The notes under the pieces are model-generated. The model did no database searches and was not told the origin of the DNA. It saw only the letters and a program-made list of their open reading frames with translations. From NCBI GenBank assembly GCA_963792585.1, contig CAWBWI010000001.1:480001-544000 (forward strand): DNA of 64,000 bases, read 5' to 3'. The position numbers and the translations under genes were made by a program. This stretch comes from Candidatus Eiseniibacteriota bacterium (lineage in GTDB: Bacteria; Eisenbacteria; RBG-16-71-46; CAIMUX01; VGJL01). Shown piece by piece: positions 54,040 through 64,000 of the stretch (position 1 is its first letter; each line of letters starts with the position of its first letter).

Positions 54040-55750
54040 GTGCTCCGGCGCTTGCGTCTCGATCAGTTCGTGATCGTCGACTCCGCGGAGATCGAGTTCG
54101 GTCCCGCGCTCAATGCCGTGACGGGCGAGACCGGAACGGGGAAGTCGATCGTCATCGACGCGATCGGTTTCCTTGCCGGCGGTCGGGGCGATGCGGGCTG
54201 GATCCGGGCCGGAGCGAACGGGCTGGCCGTGGAAGGATCCTTCGAGGTTGAACGGCTTCCCGAGGCGATGGCGGTCGCCGCGCGTCTGGGGTGCCCGGCG
54301 CAGGACGGGCAGCTGATCGTGCGCCGCGAACTCTCCGCCGCGGGACGCGCGAGGGCCGTCGTCCAGGGGCGGAACATCCGGCAGGGCGAGCTTCGAGAAC
54401 TCGGCGAGCAACTTCTCGCGATCCATGGGCAGGGAGAGCACCGTCGTCTCCTCGATCCGGTCGTCCAGCTGGATCTGGTCGATCGATTCGCGGGGGCGCT
54501 CGTGCCCCGCGGCCGGTACGCGGCGGCGCGGGCGCGCTGGCTCGAGGCGGCCCGCGAGGTGGAGCAGGCCCGGGCACGCCTGGATGAGCTGGCCGACAAA
54601 GAGGAGTGGCACCGATTCCAGTTCGATGAGATCGACGCGGCCCGCATCACGCCCGGCGAGGAAGAGCGACTGCGCGCCGCGCGCGAGGATCTGGCCGGAC
54701 GGCAGCGGTCGATCGAGGTTCGCGGCGAGCTGACCGGGCTCCTGTTCGAAGACGAGGGGTCCGCGCTGGAACGGATCGAGTCGGCGCTGCACCGCCTGTC
54801 CGGGTTGGGCGAGGAGTGGCGGGGGCTGCGCGGCGAGATCGAGGCCGCGCGGGAAGCTCTCAAGAGGGCGCGCCGGGGGGTTCCTGTAGGGGTGCCCGAT
54901 GAGGAGGAGACAGGGCTCGATACGGTCGAAGCGCGGCTCGTCCTGCTCGCCCGCCTGAAGAAGAAGTACGGTCCGACCGAGGAGGCGATCCTGGAACGTC
55001 GGGAGCGGCTCGCGTCTCTCCTCGACGAGACGGACCGGCTTCGCGGCCGCATGGAAGCCTTGACCGGGGAGGTGGCCGTAGCGGCCCGGGCGGCGGCGGA
55101 TGCGGCGGTCAACCTGCGAAAGGTCCGTGCCGCGCGCGGCATCGGGGCTGGCCAAGGCCGTGACCGCCGAACTGCGCGCCCTCGGCATGGCGGGAGCCGT
55201 CCTGGATCTCGTTTTGGAGGAGGAAGAAGCGTCCGGGGAGGGTACGCTGTCGATAGGCGGACGTTCGGTCCGCAGCTTTGCGGACGGGTGCGATCGTGGG
55301 TGGTTCCGTCTGCGGCCCAATCCCGGCGAAGGATCGGGTCCTCTGGCGGAGGTCGCCTCGGGCGGCGAGTTGTCCCGTAGCCTTCTGGCACTCATGGCGG
55401 TCCTGGGAGCGCGCGAGGAGCCGCGGACGGCAATCTTCGACGAGGTGGATGCGGGCGTCGGCGGAGCGACCGCCGCAGCGGTGGCGCGGCGTCTCGAGGC
55501 GCTCGCGCGCGACCGGCAGGTGTTGCTGGTGACCCATCTGCCTCTTGTGGCGTGCCGGGCGCAACGGCACTTCCGGGTGGAGAAGAACGAGCGGGAGGGC
55601 CGGACGTCCGCCACGATCGCCGCCCTGGACCACCAGGAGCGGATCGGAGAACTGGCGCGAATGCTGGCCGGCGAAGTCGACTCGGACATCGCGCGGAAAC
55701 ACGCCGAGGCACTGATGGCGGCCGCCTCGGCCGGCAAGGAGATCGGATGA
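54040..55750 (+). CDS. recN: DNA repair protein RecN (frameshift near 55140)
   Basis: TGETGTGKS, IHGQGEH, ASGGELSR, IFDEVDAGVGG, VTHLP. Confidence 0.95.
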
Positions 55751-57278
55751 CGCTACCCTCGTACGAGGACTACGCCCGCTACGCCCGCGACTTCGCGGTC
55801 GTTCCCGTATACAAGCAGGTGCTCGCCGACCTCTCCACACCGGTGTCGGTCTTCCGGAACATCGATCCCTCACAGAACGCCGCATTGCTCGAGAGCGTTG
55901 AAGGGGGGGAGACCTGGGGTCGATTCTCGGCGATCGGCCTCGATCCCGGGACGATCTACGAATGCCGGGGGAACACGGCGACGATCCGCGACGCGAACGG
56001 CGTGCGGACGGAGGTCGAGGATCGTCCCCTCGGCGCTCTCGACCGCCTGCTCGCGGCCCACAGCGCTCCCGGAATCGACCAGTTGCCCAGGCTCGCCGGC
56101 GCCGCGATCGGCTTCGCGGCCTACGATCTCGTGCGCCGGATGGAGCGGTTGCCGGAGGAGGCGCGCGACGACCTGAAGGTACCGGACGCGCTGTTCGTCT
56201 TCTTCGAGACGGCGATCCTCTTCGACCATGCCGGACACACCGCGACGTTGGTCGTGCACACGCGCCCGGGAAAGGACCCGAAGAAGGCCTACGCCGCGGC
56301 CGTGGCGCGGCTCGATGCGATCGCCGCCATGCTCACGGCGCAGGCGCCCCTTCCCCCGCACCCCGCGCCGTCAACCGAACCGGTCGTCTTCCGGAGCCGT
56401 ACGGGGAGACCCGCCTATCTCGAGGCGGTCCGCCGCGCGAAGGAGTACATTCGCGCGGGCGACGTCGTGCAGGTCGTGCTCGCGCACCGGCTCGAGGCGG
56501 ATTTGCCCGCCGATCCGTTCGACGTCTATCGGGCGCTGCGCGTGATCAATCCCTCCCCCTACATGTTCTTCCTCCGTCTGGGGGAGTGGACGATCGCCGG
56601 CTCTTCACCCGAGGTCCTCGTGCGGCGCGAGCTGGACATCGTGCAGACAAGGCCCATCGCGGGGACCCGCGCGCGGGGTGGGGACGAGTTGTCGGATCGG
56701 TTGCTCGAGGAGGAGCTGCTCGGCAACGAGAAGGAAGTGGCCGAGCACATCATGCTCGTCGACCTCGGCCGCAACGATCTCGGGCGGATCTCCCGATTCG
56801 GAACGGTGGAAACGACTGAGTTCATGAAGGTCGAGCGGTACAGCCACGTGATGCACCTGGTCAGCAACGTCCGGGGGCGCCTGCGGGAGGGGCGCTCGAA
56901 CGCCGATGTGCTCTCCGCATGCTTCCCCGCCGGGACGGTATCCGGCGCGCCGAAGATCCGCGCGATGGAGATCATCGAAGAGCTCGAGCCGCTGCGGCGC
57001 GGACTCTATGCGGGCGCGGTCGGCTACATGGATTTCCACGGGAACATGGACACGGCGATCGCAATTCGCACCCTGCTCTTCCGCGCGGGCAAGGCATACC
57101 TGGGGGTGGGCGCGGGGATCGTGGCCGACTCGGATCCCGAGGCCGAGTGGGAGGAGACGCTGCGCAAGGGAAGCGCCCTGGTTCGCGCGTGCGAGGTCGC
57201 CGCGCGCGGGCTGACGGGAATGGAGCGGGGAGCGGCCGAGCTGCCCCCGATCGGGCCGGAACCGACCGGGGGTGCCGC

Positions 57279-57282
<4 letters not shown>
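55747..57282 (+). CDS. trpE: anthranilate synthase component I
   Basis: [41 protein letters not shown]. Confidence 0.95.
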
Positions 57283-57848
<566 letters not shown>

Positions 57849-58898
57849 ATGAACGCGCGCGAGCCGATCCGGATCGATCTGCCCGGGGCGATCGCGCGCG
57901 TCGTCGACGGCCACTCGCTCACGCGCGAGGAATCGCGCGCGGTCATGCGGATCATCATGGCCGGGGACGCCACGCCCGCGCAGATCGGTGCGCTCCTCAC
58001 GGCCCTTCGAATGAAGGGGGAGACGGCCGGTGAGATCGCCGGCGCGGCGGAGGCGATGCGCGAGGCAGCGACGCCGGTCCGCACCGGGCGGAGTCCGATC
58101 GTCGACACGTGCGGAACGGGCGGGGACGGCAAGGGAACGCTCAACATCTCGACGGCTGCCGCGATCGTCGCCGCCGGCGGTGGGGTGACGATCGCCAAGC
58201 ACGGCAATCGCGCCGTCTCGAGCCGCAGCGGGAGCGCCGACGTCCTCGAAGCCCTCGGAGTCAAGATCGACCTGGGGGCCGATGCGCTCGGGCACTGCTT
58301 GGACGAAATCGGTCTCGCATTCCTCTTCGCGCCCGTCCTGCACCCGGCGATGCGGCATGCGATCGGACCCCGGCGGGAGATCCGTATCCGCACCCTCTTC
58401 AACGTCCTCGGCCCCATCACCAATCCCGCCGGAGCGCAGCGTCAGGTGCTCGGGGTCTTCGCCGCCCGATTGGCGCCGCTTCTGGCGCGCGTCCTGGCGG
58501 ATCTGGGGAGCGAGCACGCCCTCGTCGTCCACGGCGCGGGGGGAGAGGACGAACTGAGCCTGTCCGGGGAGAACCTCGCGCTCGAGACACGGGTAGGGGA
58601 AGACGCGCTGCGAAGCCTCTCCGTGCGTGCAGCGGATCTCGGGCTCACGCCCGCCGACGGCGATGTGCTGCAGGGCGGGGATGCGGTCGAGAACGCCCGC
58701 TGGCTCACCGGTCTTCTTGCGGGCGAGATCGCCGGCCCCTCGCGGGAGACGGTTCTCTTGAACGCGGCCGCGGCCTTCTATGTCGCCGGTCTCGCCCCCG
58801 ATCTGGTCGAGGGGTGCGCGCGGGCGCGGGAAAGCCTCGACTCGGGCGCGGCGGGTCGCACGCTCGCGCGCCTGCGCGAGACGAGCCAGAAGCTATGA
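57849..58898 (+). CDS. trpD: anthranilate phosphoribosyltransferase
   Basis: DTCGTGGDG, NIST, KHGNRAVSSRSGSAD. Confidence 0.96.
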   Translation: MNAREPIRIDLPGAIARVVDGHSLTREESRAVMRIIMAGDATPAQIGALLTALRMKGETAGEIAGAAEAMREAATPVRTGRSPIVDTCGTGGDGKGTLNISTAAAIVAAGGGVTIAKHGNRAVSSRSGSADVLEALGVKIDLGADALGHCLDEIGLAFLFAPVLHPAMRHAIGPRREIRIRTLFNVLGPITNPAGAQRQVLGVFAARLAPLLARVLADLGSEHALVVHGAGGEDELSLSGENLALETRVGEDALRSLSVRAADLGLTPADGDVLQGGDAVENARWLTGLLAGEIAGPSRETVLLNAAAAFYVAGLAPDLVEGCARARESLDSGAAGRTLARLRETSQKL

Positions 58899-59692
58899 GC
58901 CTGCTCGAACAGATCTGCGATCGCAGACGGGAGACGATCCGGAGCCTGCGCGCGAAACTCCCGCTCTCTGCGCTCGAAGCATCCTCGCACTGGACGGAAT
59001 CGCGACGGCCCTTCGTCGATGCATTGCGGCGGCCGGCGGGCGAGCCCGTGCGCGTCCTGGCGGAGATCAAGCGGGCCTCTCCATCTGCGGGCCCGATCCG
59101 GGCCGGCGCGGATCCTGCGGAGATCGCTAAGACCTACGCGGCGGCGGGCGCCTCGGCCCTCTCGATCCTGACGGAGACCGAGCACTTCGACGGCGACCCG
59201 TCCTTCCTCGCGCGGGCGCGCGCCGTGGTCGATCTGCCCCTCCTGATGAAGGACTTCGTGATCGACGAGTGGCAGATCCCATGGGCCCGCAGCCTGGGCG
59301 CCGATGCGCTCCTTCTGATCGTTGCGGTGCTCGACCGGGTGCAGCTTCGGGATTTCGCGGCCGTCGCCCGTGAGCTGTCGTTGGCCGCGCTCGTCGAGGT
59401 CCACACCGAGGCGGAGTGCGAGCGCGCGCTGGAGATGGGTGCGAGTCTGATCGGCATCAACCACCGGGATCTCGCCACCTTCGAGATCGATCTGGGCCTG
59501 AGCGAGCGATTGCGGCCCCGCATCCCCGGGACGACGGTGACCGTAGCGGAGAGCGGGATCCGGAACCGCGCGGACGCCCTCCGGCTCGAGGCGCTGAAGA
59601 TCGACGCGCTTCTCGTCGGCGAATCGCTGATGCGCGCCCCGAATCCCGGCGACGCCCTGCGCAGTCTGCGCGGGGTGGAGGAGAGCGCGTGA
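58895..59692 (+). CDS. trpC: indole-3-glycerol phosphate synthase
   Basis: AEIKRASPS, SILTE, KDF, LVEVH, AESGI, LVGESLM. Confidence 0.96.
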   Translation: MSLLEQICDRRRETIRSLRAKLPLSALEASSHWTESRRPFVDALRRPAGEPVRVLAEIKRASPSAGPIRAGADPAEIAKTYAAAGASALSILTETEHFDGDPSFLARARAVVDLPLLMKDFVIDEWQIPWARSLGADALLLIVAVLDRVQLRDFAAVARELSLAALVEVHTEAECERALEMGASLIGINHRDLATFEIDLGLSERLRPRIPGTTVTVAESGIRNRADALRLEALKIDALLVGESLMRAPNPGDALRSLRGVEESA

Positions 59693-60321
59693 TCCGGGTC
59701 AAGGTCTGCGGGATCACGCGCGCGGAAGATGCGCTCCATGCGGCCCGTTCCGGCGCGGATCTGATCGGGATGGTCTTCGCGCCGAGCCCGAGGCGCGTCG
59801 ATCTGGCGGGCGCCGGCAAGATCGTAGAGGCGCTGTCCTCCGGGTGGGCTGATCTGGGGCGGGTCGGCGTCTTCGTGAACCCGACGCTCAAGGAGATCGA
59901 AGAGGCGACGGCCGCGGCCTCGCTCACGCACGTGCAGATTCATGGCACGCCGCCGGCGGAAGGGCTCCCGCGGCTCCCATGGATCGCGGCGATCGGCCTC
60001 GCTTCCGCCGATGACGCCCGGGCGCCGGCAGGGAATCCCTGGGCGGTTCTCGTGGAGCCCAGGGTGGAGGGGCTTGCCGGCGGGACGGGGAAGAGCTTCC
60101 CGTGGGAGTGGGTGCGGCCGTTGCTGGTTCGCGGGCGCGTCTTCGTTGCGGGTGGACTCGACGCGGCGCGTGTGGGGGAGTTGCTCGATGTCCTGACACC
60201 GTTCGGCGTCGATGCCTCGTCGGGATTGGAGTCGGAGCCCGGAATCAAGGATCCGGTCAAGGTTCAGGCGTTCATCCGGACGGTGCGCGCGCACGAGGAG
60301 AAGGAGCGGCAGAGACGATGA
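59689..60321 (+). CDS. trpF: phosphoribosylanthranilate isomerase
   Basis: [34 protein letters not shown]. Confidence 0.94.
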   Translation: MIRVKVCGITRAEDALHAARSGADLIGMVFAPSPRRVDLAGAGKIVEALSSGWADLGRVGVFVNPTLKEIEEATAAASLTHVQIHGTPPAEGLPRLPWIAAIGLASADDARAPAGNPWAVLVEPRVEGLAGGTGKSFPWEWVRPLLVRGRVFVAGGLDAARVGELLDVLTPFGVDASSGLESEPGIKDPVKVQAFIRTVRAHEEKERQRR

Positions 60322-61526
60322 GCGGCAAGACGCGGGCCTATCCCGATCGGACGGGCCATTTCGGTCCCTACGGCGGCCGTTTCGTTCCCGAGACGTTGAT
60401 CGCCGCCCTCGACGACCTCATGGTCGCCTACCGCGCCGCCCGCAGCGACCCGGCCTTCGACCGCGAACTCGACGGCCTCCTGCGCGAGTACGTCGGCCGT
60501 CCCACGCCGCTCTATCACGCGAGGCGACTGGGGGAGAACCTCGGCGGATTGAGAGTCTATCTGAAGCGCGAGGATCTCGCCCACACCGGCGCGCACAAGA
60601 TCAACAATGCGCTCGGACAGGCGCTCCTGGCGCGTCGCATGGGGAAGCGGCGGATCGTCGCCGAGACCGGGGCGGGACAGCATGGGGTGGCGACGGCGAC
60701 CGCCTGCGCCCTCCTGGGTCTCGAGTGTCGCGTCTACATGGGCACGGAGGACATGGCGCGCCAGGCGCTCAACGTCTTCCGGATGCGGACCCTCGGCGCG
60801 GAAGTCACCGGCGTCGACTCGGGCAGCCGCACCCTCAAAGATGCGATCAACGAGGCGATGCGCGACTGGGTGACCACGGTCGAGACGACGCATTACATTC
60901 TCGGGTCGGTCCTCGGGCCGCACCCCTTCCCGCAAATCGTGCGGGACTTCCAGAGCGTGATCGGGCGCGAGGCGCGCTCCCAGATCCTGAAGAGGGAGGG
61001 CACCCTGCCCACCCTGCTGATCGCCTGCGTGGGCGGCGGCTCCAACGCGATCGGCCTCTTCCACCCGTTCCTGCGGGATCCGTCCGTCCGGATGGTCGGC
61101 GTGGAGGCCGGGGGCGAGGGGATCGACAGCGGCCGGCATGCGGCGCGCTTCCAGGAACACCGCGATGGGGTCCTCCACGGGACGCGCACCTACGTGCTGC
61201 AGAACGAGGACGGCCAGATCCGCGAGACCCATTCGGTCTCCGCGGGCCTCGACTATCCTGCCGTCGGGCCGGAGCATGCGATGCTCTTCGACGCGCGCCG
61301 CGTCCAGTACACCTACGCGACCGACCAGGAGGCGCTCGACGCGTTCGGATATCTCGCGCGGGTGGAGGGAATCCTCCCCGCGCTCGAGCCGGCCCACGCG
61401 GTCGCGCACCTGCGCAAGATCGGCCCCGTGCTCACGCCGGAGGACCTCGTCATCCTGAACCTGTCGGGCCGCGGCGATAAGGACGTGGAGACCGTGCAGC
61501 GGCTGGTGAACCCCACGATCGAATAG
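60318..61526 (+). CDS. trpB: tryptophan synthase beta chain
   Basis: [48 protein letters not shown]. Confidence 0.98.
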   Translation: MSGKTRAYPDRTGHFGPYGGRFVPETLIAALDDLMVAYRAARSDPAFDRELDGLLREYVGRPTPLYHARRLGENLGGLRVYLKREDLAHTGAHKINNALGQALLARRMGKRRIVAETGAGQHGVATATACALLGLECRVYMGTEDMARQALNVFRMRTLGAEVTGVDSGSRTLKDAINEAMRDWVTTVETTHYILGSVLGPHPFPQIVRDFQSVIGREARSQILKREGTLPTLLIACVGGGSNAIGLFHPFLRDPSVRMVGVEAGGEGIDSGRHAARFQEHRDGVLHGTRTYVLQNEDGQIRETHSVSAGLDYPAVGPEHAMLFDARRVQYTYATDQEALDAFGYLARVEGILPALEPAHAVAHLRKIGPVLTPEDLVILNLSGRGDKDVETVQRLVNPTIE

Positions 61527-61628
61527 ACGCCCGCCCCCGTGCAGGATCGATCTTGACGGCCGCGAAGAACGGGCCCACGCTGGTTCGCACCTGGCCGGGG
61601 CTTCCTCTCCCGCAAGCGCGGGGGATGG

Positions 61629-63791
61629 GTGTTCGGAGAGGTCATGCGCGAGCCTCCACCCTCGATCGCCGCGGCCGTGCTCATCCTGGTCTTCACTGCA
61701 TCCGGCGCCTTGGCGGAAAACCCGCGGCTCGAGGCCTATCGCGACTCGATCCAGGATCGGGTCAAGGTCCTCCGGCGGATGGTGAGGAAGAGCGACAATC
61801 CCGACTCCATTCGTTTCACCCTCGCCACCACGCTCCGGGACGCGCGGAGTCTCGAGGGCCGCCTCGAAGCGGTCCGGATCCTCGAGGATCTCCGGCGACG
61901 CCATGGGACGGATTCTCGGGTCGCGCTCACGCTCGCGAACGTCTATCTCGACAGCCGGCGCCTGCGGGACGCGCGTGACACCCTCCTCCGATATGCGAGG
62001 AACGACTCCACGAATGTCGCCGCCCGCGTCCTCGCGGCCCGCCTCCTCGTCAAGGATATGCTCCACTACAGCGACCGGGAGCACCTCACGGCCGCCTCCG
62101 CATTGCTCGATCAGGCGCATGCGCTCGCGCCCGAGCACGACGACGCGCTCTATCTGGCGTCGGTGCTCCAGTACATCGCGCGGCGAGACGACCCGGATCG
62201 CGTGGCGCGAAGCCGGGAAGGTCGCCGACGGGCCGAGCAGATCGTCGCGCGGCGGCCGGACGACGCCCAGGCCTGTCTTCTGGCGGGCGTTCACTGCATG
62301 GATCTGGGCAGTCCGACCGACGCGGAGCACTGGTTCCAGAGAGGGATCTCCTACCTCCCGCCGGATGCGGCCGCAGATTTTCTGATTCCTCCGCCGCTCC
62401 TTGCGCGCGTTCGCTTGGAGGGAATCGATGAACAGAAACGGCTGATCACGGCTTACTGGGACGGCCAGGATCCGACCCCGCTCACGCTCGTCAACGAGAC
62501 GCAACTCCGGTACTGGTACAACATGACGATCGCGGACCTCTACTACGCGGAACCGGAGAAGGGCGTCCACGGATGGCAGACCGCGCCGGGAAAGTCGATC
62601 GTTCTGTTCGGCCCGCCCTTGCGGGCGAGCTTCGACCCCGGCACGGTGACCGCGGGAGGCGGGGTCGTGATCTTCGACCCGCCGCGGCTCGCGATGACCT
62701 ACGAGACCGGGCTCACGCTCACCTTCGAGGATGCCCTGCTTCAGTGGAAGTGGAGGGGCACGAAGGGTACGGACCATCTCCTGGCTGAGATCTCCAAGCT
62801 CGGCGTCGCGACCGCCGCGCCGATCCACCCCGGAGCGGCGCCGCGGATCTACGTGGCCCACGCCGGCGCACGCGGCGAGGGGGCGGGGGCCCGCGAGGGA
62901 TGCGTGATCGCCATCCCCCCCTGGAGTGACCATCCGCGCTGGTGGAGCGAGACGACCGGGAGCCTGCGTGTGGTCGATCCCGCCTACCGCGAGGTCGCGC
63001 GGACGGATTTCGCCGCGGACTCGACCGATCTACGAGAGATGGCCCATCATCGAGCCTGCCTGGTGCTGGGAAGTGATTTCGATCTTGCCCCCGGCAGTTA
63101 CACCCTTCTAGTCGACGTCTCCACCCCGCGCGGCACCGGGATCTGGGGAGACGCGGGGAAGGGCACGGTCCGCGTCCCTCTGGACGTGCGGGCGTTCGAG
63201 GCCGGCACGTTGCAGCTGAGCGATCTCGAACTCGCCCGCACGGGGACATTCAAGGAGCGGGCGACGGTGCTGCGGCAGCCGAGACGCGCCTTCCTTCCGA
63301 ATCCGCTCGGCGTGGTTGGGCCGGAGGGGAGCGTGGACATCGCCTACAGCGTCTACGATCTCGCCCGCGATCGGAACGGCGCCTGCCGGTACGAACTGGA
63401 CTACATGATCGTGCCGATCGCCTATCGCCGTGCGTACGAGAGGAAGCTCGTGAGCGGCGCCGCGACCCCGGAGGACTCGCTCGAGTTCGGCCGGCAGGGT
63501 CACAGGCTGGGGGATGTGACCCTTTCGGAGCGGAATCGCCAGGAGGTGCATTTCTCGCCCGCCGAAGTGAATCGGGCGGGAGTGAGACCCGACATTCGGA
63601 AGATGGCGACCCTCAATCTCGGCGGCATGGAGGAAGGCGCCTACGTCCTACGGGTTGTCGTGACCGACAAGATCTCCGGGCAGAGCGCGCGGGCGGAGAC
63701 GGTCGTACGTAAGGTCACGGCCGCACAGCCCGACTCCATGCTGGCAGCGCCGCGAAAGAACGGATCCGCCGCCCCCGATGGCGAGGACTGA
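61629..63791 (+). CDS. TPR + GWxTD domain exported protein
   Basis: Signal-like segment, TPR helices, YWDGQDPTPLT.VNE...GWQTAPGKSIVLFGPP, C-terminal beta domains (LSDLELA...PNPL...GAYVLRVVVTD). Confidence 0.8.
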   Translation: MFGEVMREPPPSIAAAVLILVFTASGALAENPRLEAYRDSIQDRVKVLRRMVRKSDNPDSIRFTLATTLRDARSLEGRLEAVRILEDLRRRHGTDSRVALTLANVYLDSRRLRDARDTLLRYARNDSTNVAARVLAARLLVKDMLHYSDREHLTAASALLDQAHALAPEHDDALYLASVLQYIARRDDPDRVARSREGRRRAEQIVARRPDDAQACLLAGVHCMDLGSPTDAEHWFQRGISYLPPDAAADFLIPPPLLARVRLEGIDEQKRLITAYWDGQDPTPLTLVNETQLRYWYNMTIADLYYAEPEKGVHGWQTAPGKSIVLFGPPLRASFDPGTVTAGGGVVIFDPPRLAMTYETGLTLTFEDALLQWKWRGTKGTDHLLAEISKLGVATAAPIHPGAAPRIYVAHAGARGEGAGAREGCVIAIPPWSDHPRWWSETTGSLRVVDPAYREVARTDFAADSTDLREMAHHRACLVLGSDFDLAPGSYTLLVDVSTPRGTGIWGDAGKGTVRVPLDVRAFEAGTLQLSDLELARTGTFKERATVLRQPRRAFLPNPLGVVGPEGSVDIAYSVYDLARDRNGACRYELDYMIVPIAYRRAYERKLVSGAATPEDSLEFGRQGHRLGDVTLSERNRQEVHFSPAEVNRAGVRPDIRKMATLNLGGMEEGAYVLRVVVTDKISGQSARAETVVRKVTAAQPDSMLAAPRKNGSAAPDGED

Positions 63792-63818
63792 CGGCTCTCG
63801 TCGGCTTCCGCAAGGAAA

Positions 63819-63843
63819 GGCGCGCCCTCGGGGAGGACGCGCC
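63819..63843. terminator. stem-loop between convergent genes
   Basis: GGCGCG-CCCTC-GGG-GAGGA-CGCGCC. Confidence 0.4.
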
Positions 63844-63870
63844 GGGAAACTCACCGATCCGGATGCGGGT

Positions 63871-64000
63871 TCAGACCTTCAAGCGCTTCACGAACGGATC
63901 GAACGTCATGAAGTCGGCGTGGTGCACGATGTAGGCCTCCGTAGAACGCGTCACCAGGTTGCCTTCGCCCGCATGGGTCGCGACGATGTGACTCACCGCG
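63871..64000 (-). CDS. HD-domain phosphohydrolase, C-terminal fragment
   Basis: Manual translation ...SHIVATHAGEGNLVTRSTEAYIVHHADFMTFDPFVKRLKV*. Confidence 0.65.
   Translation of the reverse strand, partial: AVSHIVATHAGEGNLVTRSTEAYIVHHADFMTFDPFVKRLKV

Overview
High-GC bacterial chromosomal segment that is almost entirely core genome; no mobile element, prophage or CRISPR array was seen. A PorV/PorQ-family barrel, GWxTD proteins, lapA/lapB and Bacillus-type sdhCAB suggest a diderm, FCB-allied lineage such as Eisenbacteria/Latescibacterota (inference only). Gene order: PorV-like, GWxTD, pgk-tpiA-secG-tRNA-Leu; a lone receiver; sdhCAB; acuC plus a sigma54 two-component locus with envelope genes; scpAB-rluB-pheA-aroA-cmk/plsC-rpsA-lapAB-SPOR-mutS; methyltransferase-bshC-bshA; pgeF; an orphan kinase; M23-ispB-rsfS-pfkB-purM-aroF; tRNA-Val, L20 leader, infC-rpmI-rplT; zapB-zapA-6S RNA-rny-ymdB-folD-xseAB-ispA-nadK-recN-trpEGDCFB; a second GWxTD protein. 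Many genes, including essential ones, are broken by indels in patches, most likely long-read consensus errors. Most notable: (1) a sigma54 envelope module ending in a putative protease-binding lipoprotein with a -24/-12 promoter; (2) a likely N-methyl-bacillithiol operon; (3) a PheA whose dehydratase catalytic and allosteric motifs are all replaced; (4) sigma28-like promoters on two distant orphan signalling genes; (5) a bias to 18-nt sigma70 spacers, with leaderless starts; (6) an L20 leader and an AUC-start infC. All family assignments come from motif recognition by eye, with no database searches.
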